A stretch of 64,000 bases of DNA from Malacoraja senta (taxonomy: Eukaryota): contig CM075999.1 of NCBI GenBank assembly GCA_038087875.1, positions 4,528,001-4,592,000 on the forward strand, given 5' to 3'. Under the pieces are notes generated by a model. That model had not been told where the DNA came from, did no database searches, and worked only from the letters and a program-made list of their open reading frames with translations. Numbering within the stretch: position 1 is the stretch's first letter; each line of letters starts with the position of its first letter. The position numbers were made by a program, and so were the translations under genes. Shown piece after piece: positions 13,601-26,844 of the stretch.

Positions 13601-14629
13601 TAATAAAGTTAGTGTGAATTTTATACTTGCTTCAAGTTTTTTTTTCTGTTTTTCCTCCTCATATCCCAGCAAATTAAATGTCCTCTTCCCAGTGCATTTT
13701 AAATTCTAAAGGCTCAATCACAAATAACGTAAGATTCAGCTGCACATTACTCAGCCTGTAAATTCAAATCTATCTCAAATACACATGGATAAATGCCTCT
13801 TAAATTAGCATGAACATCTCCATCACATGCCTAGTTAATAACTAAGCTAATAGCAAATAGGATCTAAATCCAGCTGGTAAATGGATTGATTTAACACGCA
13901 ATTTGTCTCCCAACTGCCACAAGAAGTAATTCCAGAGATAATTTTATTGTTCGAGGGAGTGAAGGAAGTGCGAATATTGCAAAGATTCTTCAGCAAAAAT
14001 GAATTTGACTTCCCAAAGCAAAAAGGTGGCACAAAAACTGTAGATAATTCCAATTACCACCCAATCTCTTTTCAAGGCAATTGGTTTTAGCATAGTTTGA
14101 CATAAACCTGGAATTTGGATATTCAGGAGGCACCCCCTGAGAAAACTGAAGCAAGTTTACAAACTCAAAGAAGGTATCCAATTGTGTTTTCAAACTTGGC
14201 ATGGAGATGAACATGGTCACAGTGGTCTTATACCAGATGCTTGGCAAGGGATATAAATATTTATTTTAATGTAACAGGTGAAATAAATAATGGCTGATAT
14301 TCACAAGACTGCAGTGTGCAGCTTCCAGTTTACAGATTAAATACACTCAATTCCTAAACAAATCAAGTCTGCATTTTAAACACATGATCAATAGCTGCTC
14401 CTACACAACATCTGGCAAGGTTAGACACTTGAATTTTCATCAATACAGTACATAGCTTACATTTTATAGCCAACTGCATTATCAACTCATACCAAAAGCT
14501 GTGTCCTGCTTTCCCAAATCATTCCCAAAACTTGTAACACCCTTCCCTTTCAAAGAAAAATGTACAAATTAAATCTGAATGTTCAAATTAAGCCATAATC
14601 AAACAAACCTAACTTAAGTTTAAACAAAA

Positions 14630-14805
14630 TGTAATAACAAGGAACTGCAGGGCTGGTTCATACCAAAGATAGACACAAAATGCTGGAGTAACTCAGCAGG
14701 TCAGGGAGCATCTATGGAGAACATGGATTGGTGACATCACCTATCCATTTTCTCTAAAGCTGCTGCCAGACCTGCTAGGTTACTCCAGCATTTTGCGTCA
14801 ATCTT
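14630..14805. mobile_element. Penelope-end inverted pair (hairpin) inside the probable 3'UTR
   Basis: GACACAAAATGCTGGAGTAACTCAGCAGGTC...GACCTGCTAGGTTACTCCAGCATTTTGCGTC. Confidence 0.65.
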
Positions 14806-15651
14806 AAGTTTTTTAACACCTAAAACAGCTCTACTTGTAGCAAATATACATTTAATCAGCTCAAAATACTAAATATACCAATTCTGAATGTTGATAAGGT
14901 TTCCCAAATACACTACTCTTAACTTTCCAGAATCTTGGCACCGCCCTTGATTAATGTTAATTGCAACTGATTACTTCAATAAATCTGCACGTTCACCATG
15001 TTGAGAATTATCAGAAGCCCATACTCACTCATTTTATGAGATATTGCAAAGATACTGCAATATCTCAGGCTGTCATTATCCAGGCCAGCAAACAAAAGCA
15101 ACACAGGCAACAATCCAAAGGATATTTTTTCCGATACATTGTTTTTACCAACTAATTGTTCAAATGGCATGTTTACTCAATAACATAGCAACCAGTCATA
15201 AGGACTCTACAGAAACAACCTAGAAATTTTACAGTTATAACAATTGACTGCAAACCCAAAACTTTGCTCCATCAAGTTTGATACTGTTGTATTAAAGCAT
15301 TCAATCCAGCAGAATTAAGATATATACTGGATTTCGACCAGCTTTATTTCTGGGAGAATTGCCTTTTACATATGGATGAGGTATGTTGCACACACAGAAA
15401 ATAAATCAAGTTCCAATGTAATGGGAATTAAACAAAGGGAAGTGCAACAGTTACCCCACAACTCCTTAGATTCAAATGAAGCAGAGTGTACAACATTTTG
15501 TACCAAATTCATTTATCTCTTCAAACACTTTTTCCCTGAAGGAATGAAAAAAAATTACCTCTCAATTCAACAATATGTGGTGGTGATTGGGACAGGGGGA
15601 GCGAGGAGGTGGGTGAGGCTGCATTTGGCTGCTTATATTTTGCTGAACACA

Positions 15652-15839
15652 TTACAACTGGAAACCCTCCATAGGTGCTTCTTGTTGCTGAAATAGAAAT
15701 TGCTGTGCACTTTCATCCACTTGTGGAGCAATGCTGCTGTCCTCCTCCTCCACACCAAAGTAATGCTCAATGAGATCAAATGCCTTCTGATAGATTTCCT
15801 GATTCTCATGGCTCTGCAAAAATTCTATTTTATCGAGAC
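15652..15839 (-). CDS. KPNA6: Importin alpha-7 last coding exon
   Basis: (G)[61 protein letters not shown]; tcccag acceptor after a 91-nt intron. The 12 exons total 1476 nt in one open frame. Confidence 0.95.
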
Positions 15840-15930
15840 CTGGGATTAAGAAATACAATTTATTATTAGCTGTTGGAAAACAGCGTTCTTATTTTATAGG
15901 GAAAATAAAGTCAATTGTAACTGCTCCTAC

Positions 15931-16109
15931 CATAGGCTTCTTCAATAAGGCTACAATATGGGTTGATCCCTGTTCCATTCTGTTTTGCCTCCTGTTCTCC
16001 GAGTCTTAAGATATTCTCCAGCCCATTTAGGGCAACCTGAACTATTTTTGAGTCCATAACAGTCAGTAGATCACACAATGGCTTAATGCAACCCAAATTT
16101 ACAAGGTAC
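15931..16109 (-). CDS. KPNA6: Importin alpha-7 coding exon
   Basis: (Q)[59 protein letters not shown](G); ttaaag/gtagga; 179 nt, phase 2/1. Confidence 0.95.
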
Positions 16110-17004
16110 CTTTAAAATCAAGAGGAAACAAACAAAAATAAATATGTACAGTTTAATCAAAAGTTTATTGTTATTTCACAGTAGTGGGCATTTACTCGGG
16201 CTTCCAGGACATCCAGAACAAATTGGTTAAGGCATGGCTTCTATTGTCAATATTGAAAATCATTTATTGAATTAAAAAATCAGAACATTCACTTATTAAA
16301 TTATGTTACATTTCTAATAATTAATTTGGTGCTTAATTTATTAACAGAATAAAATACAACTTATTAGTATCGCTTTGCAATTTCACTCCGCCTCGCAACG
16401 GTAATTGATGTTTCTCACCCATCCTTTCCTTTCATATCCCCGGAAATGCAAAATTCTTTGCATTACAAGAAACAATCTGCAAATTGGCAAAGTACAAAGC
16501 TTAAAAAATAAGGAAGCTGGAAAAGGGGAGTGGCAGGACCACTCCCCCCAACTTTCACCCCCAATGCCCCTGCCTTCTCTTCCCACTCCCCGATGCCCCA
16601 CCTGGACTCCAACTAACCACTCACTAAACCCACTGCCCCCCAACTCCTACAATGCCAATTTCCTCCCTCTGGCTTTACAATCAACAACTCTTCAAACCTT
16701 GTCTCACACCTTTCTTCCTTTCTTATCTATGGCCTTTGTTCCAACCAGCTGCCTATCAAACACCCGCCTCCCTCAACCTATTATCTGCCAGCAGTTTCTG
16801 CCTCCACCTTTTCCATCTTTCTTCTCTCTCTTCCCTTAGTTAGCCTGCAGAATGGTCTCGACTGAAATGTCCATCTATCCATGTTCTCCAGGGATGCTGC
16901 CTGACCTTATTCCAGCACTTATCCCATATTCTCCTTTATGTCCTGGGCCTGTTCCATTGCCAGACTGAACTGGAGGAACAACTTACACAACAGCACCTCA
17001 TGTT

Positions 17005-17681
17005 CAGAGCTGCCAAGTTTTGTCAGAACATTTCAGTATTCTAGTACCTGAAAATCAGTATTTTGCTGAGGAAATCTGTATTTTTACGAGGTACCATTTT
17101 GCTGATTTTTAATTTTTTTTAATGTGCAGTCATACCCATGTAAGAGTACAAGAATGCATAACTTTACTACCAATTGACATGTCTTCTACACACCTTACTT
17201 GACAGTGCATTCATTGCCATCTCTTTGTATACTGCTGTTTGAACAGCTGCTTCCTGCTTTTAGCACCAGATGATGATGTAGAAGCCATTTTGCAAGTCTC
17301 CCTCTCCCTTCCTCCCTCCCACCCACCCTCTCTCTTCCTCCCTCTCTCCTCCTTCCTTTCTTTCTCCCTCTCTTATTCCCTTCCTTCCTCTCCATCCCTC
17401 CCTCTCCCCCCCCCCCCCACCGCTCTCCCACTTGAGCCCATAGTGCTCCATAGTGCTCCAGGTGGTAGCGCTATTTTTAGAACCCATGGCACTGTAGCCG
17501 ACAGCTCTTCGTTTAAATTCCCAAACTGACAGCGCTCTGTTTAAACCTGGAGCGGGACAGGCAGCGACTCTGGAGAGAAGGAATGGGTGATATCCATATT
17601 TAACAACACAAAATCGTACATCCGTATTCTAATTGCATTTCCGTACAAAATACGGAAAATCCGTACTACTTGGCAGCTTTG
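17005..17681. mobile_element. TIR element (hAT-like MITE), copy 1, inserted in a Penelope remnant
   Basis: TIR CAGAGCTGCCAAGT...ACTTGGCAGCTTTG; homologous to 37569-38688; splits the Penelope sequence CAGCACCTCATGTT|...CCTCTTGGGTA; TSD is degenerate. Confidence 0.7.
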
Positions 17682-19744
17682 CTTGTTCCTCTTGGGTATC
17701 TTACAATGTGGTATGAACGCTGAGTCTCCAATTTAGGTAACTACAACTAAACCCCCAGCCCCCGCCCTCCTCCGTATTTCCCGTGCCCCACCTGGACTCT
17801 CCCTATATCTCCCCTCCCCTTCCACCTATAATTCCTTCATCTAGTTTCACAATTCTCAACTCTTCAATCCTTTTGTCTAACATATACTATATTCCCATTT
17901 CTGGCCATTGTCCAACCATCTGCCTATCAAACCTCTGACCCCACCCTCAACTGGATCCTCATACCATCTACAACGCTTTGTCCTGCCCCTCCTCTCTTCC
18001 AGCTTTCTTTCTCTCCCCATCTACAATCAGTCAGAAGAAGGAACCCAACCAGAAACGTCACTTATCTGTGTCCTTCAGAAATGCTGCCTGACCTTTAGAG
18101 TCCAGAGATACAGCGTGGAAGCAGGCCCTTCGGCCCAGCAAGTCCACGCCAACCAACAATCACCCAAACACTAGTTCTATCCTGCACTCTAGGGACCATT
18201 TATATAAGCCAATTAACCTACAAACCTGCAAATCTTTGGAATGTGGGAGGAAAGGAGGTGAGGAGGAACTTCTTTTGTCAGAGGGTAGTTAATCTGTGGA
18301 CCGCATTGCCACAGAGGGCTGTGGAGGCCAAGTTAGTGGATATTTTCAAGGCAGAGATAGACAAATTCTTAATTAGAACATATGTCAAGGGTTATGGGGA
18401 GAAGCAAGAAAATGGGATTAGGGGGCAGAAATCAGCCATGATTGAATGGCGGAGTAGACTCGATGGGCAGTATGGCCTAATTCTACTCCTATAACTTGTG
18501 AACCCTCCATCATGATACTCTGTCCTCTGTGACCAAGCAATGTTGAAAAGTATTAGAGGGTGTCCTATCAGCAGTGCTCAAAACAACATCAATCTTTTTC
18601 ACTGTTTAGGAGAATGAGGGGCATCTTACTGAAATACACGTTCCAAAGGTATAGGACAGTCTAGATACCACATTGCTTCCACCAGTGGAAGAAAGTTGAG
18701 GCAGGTACTATCATAATGTTTAAGTAACATTTAGACAGGTACATGGATAGGATAGGTTTAGAGGGATATGGACCAAATGCAGGCAGGTGGGGCTAGTATA
18801 GTTGGCGGGGGCAAATTGGACCGAAGGACCTGATTTCACATTGTATGATTCTATGATGTTCTATAACTCGAAAGTAAGAACATAGTTACTAGGTTTGGGG
18901 GAAGTCATTGACGATGCTATCAAATGACACTTACACACCAATGAAACAGTTTGATTTCCCAGGCCCATTTTGCTCAGCCTTGAACTAAAACATAGATCCC
19001 AGAATTAAATTGCAGAAGTGAGGTGAGAGACACAGTTATAGTCAGGACCTCACGTTACAGCTGTACAAGACCACATATGGAGTATTTATACAGTTCCGGT
19101 TGTCTTACTATAGGAAGAATGTCAATAAACTAGAAAGGGTACACAGGAGCTTTATGAGGATGTTGCTGGAGCTGGATGATGCAAGTTATAAGGAGAGGCT
19201 GGGGGCTGGCACTTATATTTCTGTAGCATAGAAAGCTGAGGAGTGACCTTTTAGAGGTTTAAAAAAAATCATGAGGGGGCATAGATAAGGTGAATAGCCA
19301 CAGGGTAGGGGAGTCTAGAACTGGGGGAAATAGGTTTGAGGTGAGAATGGTAAGATTTAAAAGTGACCTGAGGGGCAACTTTTTCACTAAGAGGGGTTGT
19401 ATTTATGGAATGAGCTTCCAGAGGAAGTGTGGAGGCAGGTACAGTTGTGACATATATAAACACTAAAGACAGCTTACATGGATAGGAAAGGTTTGGAGGG
19501 ATATTAGTCAGGAAACTTGGATGGCATGGACGAGTTGGGCCAAAGGACCTGTTTCTGGGCAGTAACTTGGATGGCAAAACGGGTTATGATTTTCCCAAAT
19601 GACAAAATGTCAAGATATTTGCCTTCAGGCAGGCATTTGGAAACGTACGTCATTGGGAAACGTGCTCCATAAGATAAGAAAAGATGTCTTCAAGAAATAA
19701 AATGAAAGAATTGAAGAGCAAATTTAAAAGGATTAATTTCTTAC

Positions 19745-19872
19745 TGAATCTGTTCTGGCGTTCCTCCGGATGTGGAATTCGTTATGCCCCAAGCAGCTTC
19801 TTTTCTCGTCCGGAATTCTGCTTTTTGAAGCAGGTCAATAAGCACTGGAAAGATGCTTGCATCTATTACAGC
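19745..19872 (-). CDS. KPNA6: Importin alpha-7 coding exon (ARM repeat)
   Basis: [42 protein letters not shown](Q); ttgaag/gtaaga; 128 nt, phase 0/2. Confidence 0.95.
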
Positions 19873-20549
19873 CTTCAATGACAAAGGAAAGGGTTAGCAA
19901 TTGTACATTTACAGCAGATGATACCTATTTTCAGATGCAATGTGCTGGAGTAACGCAGTGGGTCAAGCAGTATCTCTGGAGAATAGGTGATATTTCGGGC
20001 AGGTCGCAACCATAAACATCACCTATCCACATTCTCCAGAGATGTTGCCTGACTTGCTGAGTTACTCCAGAACTTTGTCTTTTTTTGTAAATCTGCAGTT
20101 CATTGTTTCTGCACTGTACCCATTCAGTATTATCTCTGGCATACATATTTCAGATAAAACTCTGCAACAAGATGAATGGAACGTGAGAATTTTGATCACA
20201 ATGAGTTGAATTACAGCAGTCTTGATTCAATACCTTTAACTAAATTCAGATGCAAGAAACCACAATCTAAATAGTGCCATCGGCCGCAGCTCATATATTT
20301 CTGCTAAATAATTGAAATAGAGTGTTTGATTAAAAAGATGACACGCTTGCTTTAGCAAACCAAAAATGCTTCCATTATATCTTTAGTCTTATTAGAATTT
20401 TCAATCCATTAAAAGTAAATCAGTATATGAAGGTTACAAAATAAACAGATTGGAAATTCACTATTACCTTGTGTAAATTTAAATGAATCCGATGGAATTG
20501 TTGTTGATTCTGTTTATTTAAATTCACTTATTTAAGGTCAAAGATATGT

Positions 20550-20845
20550 GGGCGGCACAATGATAGAGCTGCTGCCTTATAGCGGCAGGGACCAGGGTTA
20601 TATCCTAACTACAGGTGCTGTCTGTAAGGAGTCTGTGCGTTCTCCCTGTAACCACATGGGTTTTCTCCGGGTGCTCCGGTTTCCTCCCACTTTCAAAAGA
20701 CTTACAGGTTTGTAGGTTAATTGGCTTCGGTAAAATTTTAAATTCTCTCTAGTGTGTAAGATAGTGCTAGTGTACGGGGTGATTGTTGGTGGGCGAGGAC
20801 TCAGTCGGCCGAAAAGCCTGTTTTCATGCTGTATCGCCAAGTCTA
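20550..20845 (+). mobile_element. V-SINE (HE1-like)
   Basis: GGGCGGCAC head; GGGTTTTCTCCGGGTGCTCCGGTTTCCTCCCAC core; CR1-like tail. Confidence 0.75.
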
Positions 20846-20863
20846 AAGCATATATTTGTCTAC

Positions 20864-20989
20864 CTGAATCTGTGCTCGATTCCCAGCTGTAATGTTTGAA
20901 ATGGTCCAACAGGCCTCCTTTCTTATGGATTCTTTCGGACTACTTAATAAATGCAGGAGACATGGCAAAGCTGAACAATTTAATATGAC
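20864..20989 (-). CDS. KPNA6: Importin alpha-7 coding exon (ARM repeat)
   Basis: [42 protein letters not shown]; ggccag/gtagac; 126 nt. Confidence 0.95.
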
Positions 20990-21699
20990 CTGGCCAAAAC
21001 AAAAGTAACATTCCGTAAATAAAATGTTGCATTTTAAGTGACCAGAATGTATGTTAACTCCTTTTACAGTATAGTCAATTGTATAACACAGAAAACCATG
21101 TCAATGCCGACCATCTCTAGGAAGTCATTTGCAACATCACAGGACTTTGGTTAAGCTGAAATTGGAATATTTAAAACAAATTCTGGTCTGAATCATTTAG
21201 TATAATTTGTGTGTTCCTTCCGACGTTACAAGCAAAATTTTCATTGTAATGTACCACAACATGCTCGTGCGTATAACAATAAACTTGACGAGTTGTATAT
21301 TAACCTCTCACTGTTCTTCAAAATTCCCAGAGCTCTACCCATTCATAGTGTATATCCTACCATATTAGACCTCCCAAAATGCACCTAACACTTATTGAGA
21401 TAAATTCAATCTGCAAGTTACTTGTTGATCAATACAGTCACAGCTTTGTACAAAAAGAAACAGGCCCTATGGCCCACCTCATCTATGCCAACTATCATGC
21501 TTCTACACTAATCCCACTTGCTTGCATTAATTCCATATTCCTGTGTACTCTGCTCATTCAAATAACTGTACTGATGTCTTCTAAATGTTGTTACTGTTCC
21601 TGGCTCTTCCCCCTCTGGACATTTATTCTAGATACAAACTATTCTTTGTGTAAACAATTTACCCCTCATACCCTCTTTAGACCTACTTCCTCTCACCTT

Positions 21700-23410
21700 A
21701 ACACATATGTCCACTAGACATTGGCTATCCATTCTTTCTATGCCTTTCATAATTTTATATTCAATATAATATACACATCTCTATCTTGTCATCTCTCAGC
21801 AATCTTCTCTCCAGACCTAGCCAATCCCACCTGTCCTTATAACGCAAGCCCTCCAAACCACACAACATTCATGTGAATCTTTTCTGTACCATTTTCTGTT
21901 CCATGGTGACCAAAAATGCACACAATACTCCATAGTTTTGAACAACTGCCACATAACATCCCAACTCTTATATTCAGTGGCTTGATCAATGAAGGCATTG
22001 AATGCCAAAAAGCCATCCTCACCAACCTGTCCACCTATGTTCCCATTTTCAGGCAACTGTGTAGCAACCCCAAGATCTCTCTGTTGAGCCATAATTCCTA
22101 GGTTCCTCTATTCACACTAGGGACACACTAGTGTTCAGCATGTCCTGCCCTGGTGTAACTACCCAAAATGCATCACTTTGAACTTGGCAAGAGATAAATT
22201 GCATCTGCCAATCCTTTTCCCACTTGATCTTGACCCAATTATCAAACCTGAAACACCCTTCCTCACTGTCAACTATACCTCCAATGTTGCTGTCATGTGC
22301 TAATTTATCTTACCACTGACATTTTCATCCCAATCATTAATATACCTGACCTAGTAATGATCACACAGATTAAAGATAGTCAGCATTTAGGAGCCATTTT
22401 GCAAACTGTTTGTTACCTATCCCTGGATCCCATGTATTCTAACCTTCCAGACTAGATTACTATGTGGGACCTTGTCAAAAGCCTTGCTGAAGTCCATGTA
22501 GGGACCTTGTCAAAAACCTTGCTGAAGTCCATGTAGACATTGTCTACCCCCTGTCCATGACAATGCTTTTGGTGAATACTTCAAAACACTCAGTAAAATT
22601 AATTAGACAGAAACATGATCCCTGATCAGTCCCTGCAGTGCACATTTATCCCATCCCTCAGGACTATTTCCAATAATTGTCTATTGTCTAATTCTCAACC
22701 ACTGACATTTGGCTCACTGGCCTATAATTACCTGGCTTATTCCAGCTACCCTTAATAAAGACATCATATTTTCTCTCCTTCAGATGTCAGGCACCTCGCC
22801 TGTGGCCAAGAATATCTGTTTCTGCTAGGGCCACACAAATCTGCTCTCTTGGTTCACAGAACGGACTGCAATACTTCCTTATAACAACATTTAAAAGACA
22901 TTAGACAGGTACAAGGATATGAAAGATTTAGAGGGATATGGGCCAAATGCGAGCAGGTGGGGCAAGCGAAGGTGGGGCATATTGCCCGGGATGGGCAAGT
23001 TGGGCCGAAGGGCCTGTTTACATGCTATATGACTCTATGACTATCCTAATAAGCCCTGGGATAACCCACCGTTACAATATCTAAGGCATCCTTCTTATTA
23101 ATATCATTTTTTAGAATATTTCTGACTCTGCTTTGATAACCTGCAACTATAATGTCTTCCTTCTTAGTAAATGCAGGTCATAATTATTCATTTAAGACCT
23201 CACTCGTATCTTCAAACTCTATGCACAGACGGCTTCTTTGTTCCCTCATGGGCCCCACTCTTTCCCCGGTTATCCGCTAGCTCATATAATGTACTTATAA
23301 ATGTCTTGGAATTTCCTTATCTCGACTGCTAGTGATACTATGTAACCTCTCCTTACCTTCCTACATTCTGTTTTATGACCTGCTTACACATTCTATACTT
23401 CTTAAGAGCC
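21700..23410 (-). mobile_element. Old degraded CR1 fragments
   Basis: EYKSWDVM and [17 protein letters not shown] motifs; 35-bp tandem duplication at 22466-22535. Confidence 0.7.
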
Positions 23411-23640
23411 TTCTTAATTCACAAAATTCTCAAAAGGAACTAGACTATTACTAAAAAGGCAAAATAAAAAATCAGTCTCACAACCTAAAGCAAGAGTGGG
23501 TGAATTTCACCAAATTGTCTTTTACTTTGAGAATTGCAACAATATTGCAACAGCTTTATAAATGAATTTAAATGAAAGCTACATGAGGCAATATCTGAGT
23601 TACAATTACCTCCAAACTCACACATCTATGATGCACCTAC

Positions 23641-23719
23641 CTGTGTCTGGACATCATCACCAGTCACTATATTACCTACAGCTCTTAATGCTGGTGATGC
23701 AACTTTGTAATCATTGTGC
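23641..23719 (-). CDS. KPNA6: Importin alpha-7 coding exon (ARM repeat)
   Basis: (M)[26 protein letters not shown]; ttacag/gtaggt; 79 nt, phase 2/0. Confidence 0.95.
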
Positions 23720-24059
23720 CTGTAAGAAATGCACAAAAACAATCAGCAATTCTTCATCCAACATGCTAAAGAGCCGAATGGCCTACTCTGCACCTATTGT
23801 CTATTGTCTATTTCATACGTCAGAGAAATCAGGATTCACTGCTTGGTAAGTCTCCTTTCAGTAATTATTTCTAAAATGATTTCTTGCTTCAAGTAAAGCA
23901 AGTTACAAAGTAAACGCAAAACACAGCAGATATTTTGAATTTGAAATAAAAACTGACAGAATACGTAGCAGGTCAGGTATCAGGCAAGAGAAAAACAGTT
24001 AACATTACTGATAATCTTTCATGTTGGACTTAATACATTAACTGTTTCTCTGTTCACAG

Positions 24060-25050
24060 ATAATAATAATAATAATAATAAATTGTATTTATGGGCGCCT
24101 TTCAGAGTCTCAAGGACACCTTACAAAGTTTAACAAATAGTGTAGAAACATGTAAGCGGAATGAAATAAATAGCAAAGACATCACAAATTAAAGATAGAA
24201 TTAAATCCAAAAACAAAAATCAAAAACACAATATGGAAGAGAGAGCAGCGGCTGCTAAAGCGCGCCAGCGTCCACTCTCCCTTCCGACCGCCAACTTGGA
24301 CATAGACCAACATAGACACTACACATTACACACAAAATCATCCCCCCACAATGATTACCACTGTGGGGGAAGGCACAATGTCCAGTCCCCAACCCCAGTT
24401 CACCCAAAGTCAGGCCTATTGAGGCCTCCACAGTTGCCTCTACGGAGGCCCAATGTTCCTGGCCGTTCGCGCCGGGTGCAGTTGTCCTGGCGTCGGGAGA
24501 GGCCTCGCAGCGGCTGGGACGGCTGGAACGGCCGATCTCCTACCGGAGTCCGTGGCACCTGAGGCTGACAAGGCCGCGCCGATTTGGAGCTCCGAGGCTC
24601 TCGATGTTAGGGTCGGTGCCGCCGCCCGCGGCTGGCCGCTCCACGGTCCCGCAGCCCGGAGGTGTTGAGCTCGGCGGTTGCAGCTCACCGGAGCTCCAGC
24701 GCGTCGATCCAGCGCGGCGACCCAGGCAAGGCATCGCCCGCTCCGCTCCGCGATAGCGCTCCAGCGCTGTGCCGCCACCGAAGCTGAAGGTGCTGGGCAG
24801 TCCCCGCCAGGAAAACGCCGCTCCACGCCCGCTGGTAGGCCGCAAGGACGGGTCAACGGGGCAGCCCAGAGAAAAAGCTGCCTCACCGACCAGGTAGGGA
24901 CCTAGAGATAGTTTCCCCCTTACCCCCCCAAATTAAAAGTCAAAATTCCCCTAGACATAGACAAGAAAAAAAACTAAAAACTAAATAAAAAAGTGAATTA
25001 TACGGACGGCTGCTGGTTAGCAGCCGTTCCCCAAGATAGCTCCTCCTCAC
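24060..25050 (-). mobile_element. GC-rich non-autonomous retroposon with an L2-like (TAT)n tail
   Basis: Minus-strand 3' end AAGGTGTCCTTGAGACTCTGAAAGGCGCCCATAAATACAATT(TAT)n; CpG-rich body with no recognisable ORF. Confidence 0.5.
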
Positions 25051-25514
25051 ATGCCGTCTGACTTGCTCAGTATTTCCAGCATCATTATTTAAGGCACAGA
25101 CCAATGTAGGAGGCAGTCTGGCAGAACATTCCAGGCAGACAATTTCCAGATCTTAGTAATGTTGGGAATAGGGTAGAGATTTTATTATAACATTCATATC
25201 TCTCACCTTTCTGAGAGAAATAAGCCATTAAACAAACCATCAGCTGAAAAAGGAGACATAGAATGTAATAATGCAATATAAGCAGAAAATACAATGTACA
25301 TTTACAAATCTGTGATAAGTGAGTTAAATTTGGTGAGTTTAATTTAATGATAAGGGAAAATAAACTGGCAAAGTACTCCAATCATTGTTTTTCCTTGTAA
25401 GCTTCTAATTGAAACCACAAATCATTTCACGTTGACATCTGGACTTTGTCTAGGCCAGCTAAAATATTAAACAGACCACAAAAGAAAGTACAGTCACACA
25501 GTGAATAAACTCAC

Positions 25515-25678
25515 ATTAAGAGTTCCACCAATCGTCTGCAAATCCCAGAGTCAATAACAGATTGAATTTTTTCATTGGGTCCATCTGACAAGTATGATAA
25601 GGCCCAACAAGCATCTGCAAGCAGGTCAGGGTCACTGCTGAACAATAATCTGGACAGCACTGCTAAACACGGGGATAC
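25515..25678 (-). CDS. KPNA6: Importin alpha-7 coding exon (ARM repeat)
   Basis: [54 protein letters not shown](M); ttgcag/gtgagt; 164 nt, phase 0/2. Confidence 0.95.
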
Positions 25679-25918
25679 CTGCAAGTAAAAAATGGAGGTC
25701 TTTTCATTTTAGCTACTTTGTATATTGAATATGTCTTAAAAGCATTGAAATTATCCATCCATTCCTGACAATATCCTGTCAATTACAAAATTAAAGCACA
25801 GCTCTAAAGTATTGAAGTTGCAGGTCATAGTTTTTTTTGCTCGTGTCTCAGACGATGTAGCTTGCAGTTGGCTACTGTCGTCGTCCAACATGTTGACAGA
25901 ATTGTCGCCCGATGCGTC

Positions 25919-26844
25919 ACATAGAAAATAGGTGCAGGAGTAGGCCATTCGGCCCTTCGAGCCTGCACCGCCATTCAATATGATCATGGCTGATCATCCA
26001 ACTCAGTATCCTGTACCTGCTTTCTCTCCATACCCCTGATCCCTTTTGCCACAAGGGCCACATCTAACTCCCTCTTAAATATAGCCAATGAACTGGCCTC
26101 AACTACATTCTGTGGCAGAGAATTCCAGAGATTCACCACTCTCTATGTAAAAAAATGTTTTCTCATCTCAGTCCTAAAAGATTTCCCCTTTATCCTTAAA
26201 CTGTGACCCCTTGTTCTGGACTTCCCCAACATCGGGAACAATCTTCCTGCATCTAGCCTGTCCAACCCCTTAAGAATTTTGTAAGTTTTTATAAGATCTC
26301 CCCTCAATCTTCTAAATTCTAGCGAGTACAAGCCGAGTCTATCCAGTCTTTCTTCATATGAAAGTCCTGACATCCCAGGAATCAGTCTGGTGAACCTTCT
26401 CTGTACTCCCTCTATGGCAAGAATGTCCTTCCTCAGATTAGGAGACGAAAACTGTACGCATTACTCCAGGTGTGGTCTCACCAAGACCCTATACAACTGC
26501 AGTAGAACCTCCCTGCTCCTATACTCAAATCCTTTTGCTATGAATGCTAACATACCATTCGCTTTCTTCACTGCCTGCTGCACCTGCATGCCTACTTTCA
26601 ATGACTGGTGTACCATGACACCCAGGTCTCGTTGCATCTCCCCTTTTCCTAATCGGCCACCATTCAGGTAATAGTCTACTTTCCTGTTTTTGCCACCAAA
26701 GTGGATAACCTCACATTTATCCACATTATACTGCATCTGCCATGCATTTGCCCACTCACCCAGCCTATCCAAGTCATCTTGCAGCCTCCTAGCACCCTCT
26801 TCACAGCTAACACTGCCCCCCAGCTTCGTGTCATCCGCAAACTT
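25919..26844 (-). mobile_element. CR1 LINE (family B), 3' part of the split element
   Basis: Continues exactly from 30705 (ISKF|ADDTKL); CR1 tail at 25919. Confidence 0.93.

Larger units (their letters stand above)
10560..15651 (-). other. KPNA6: Probable long (~5.1 kb) 3'UTR of KPNA6
   Basis: AT-rich, nearly TE-free sequence from the stop codon to a poly(A) signal at 10581-10586; dense TEs resume just beyond. The extent is inferred. Confidence 0.6.

Noticed and set aside
24233..24905. Overlapping long GC-rich ORFs (also at 2460-2915, 42833-43269 and 56196-56829)
   Set aside because: Stop-poor frames inside GC-rich repeats, with no domain similarity or splice context.
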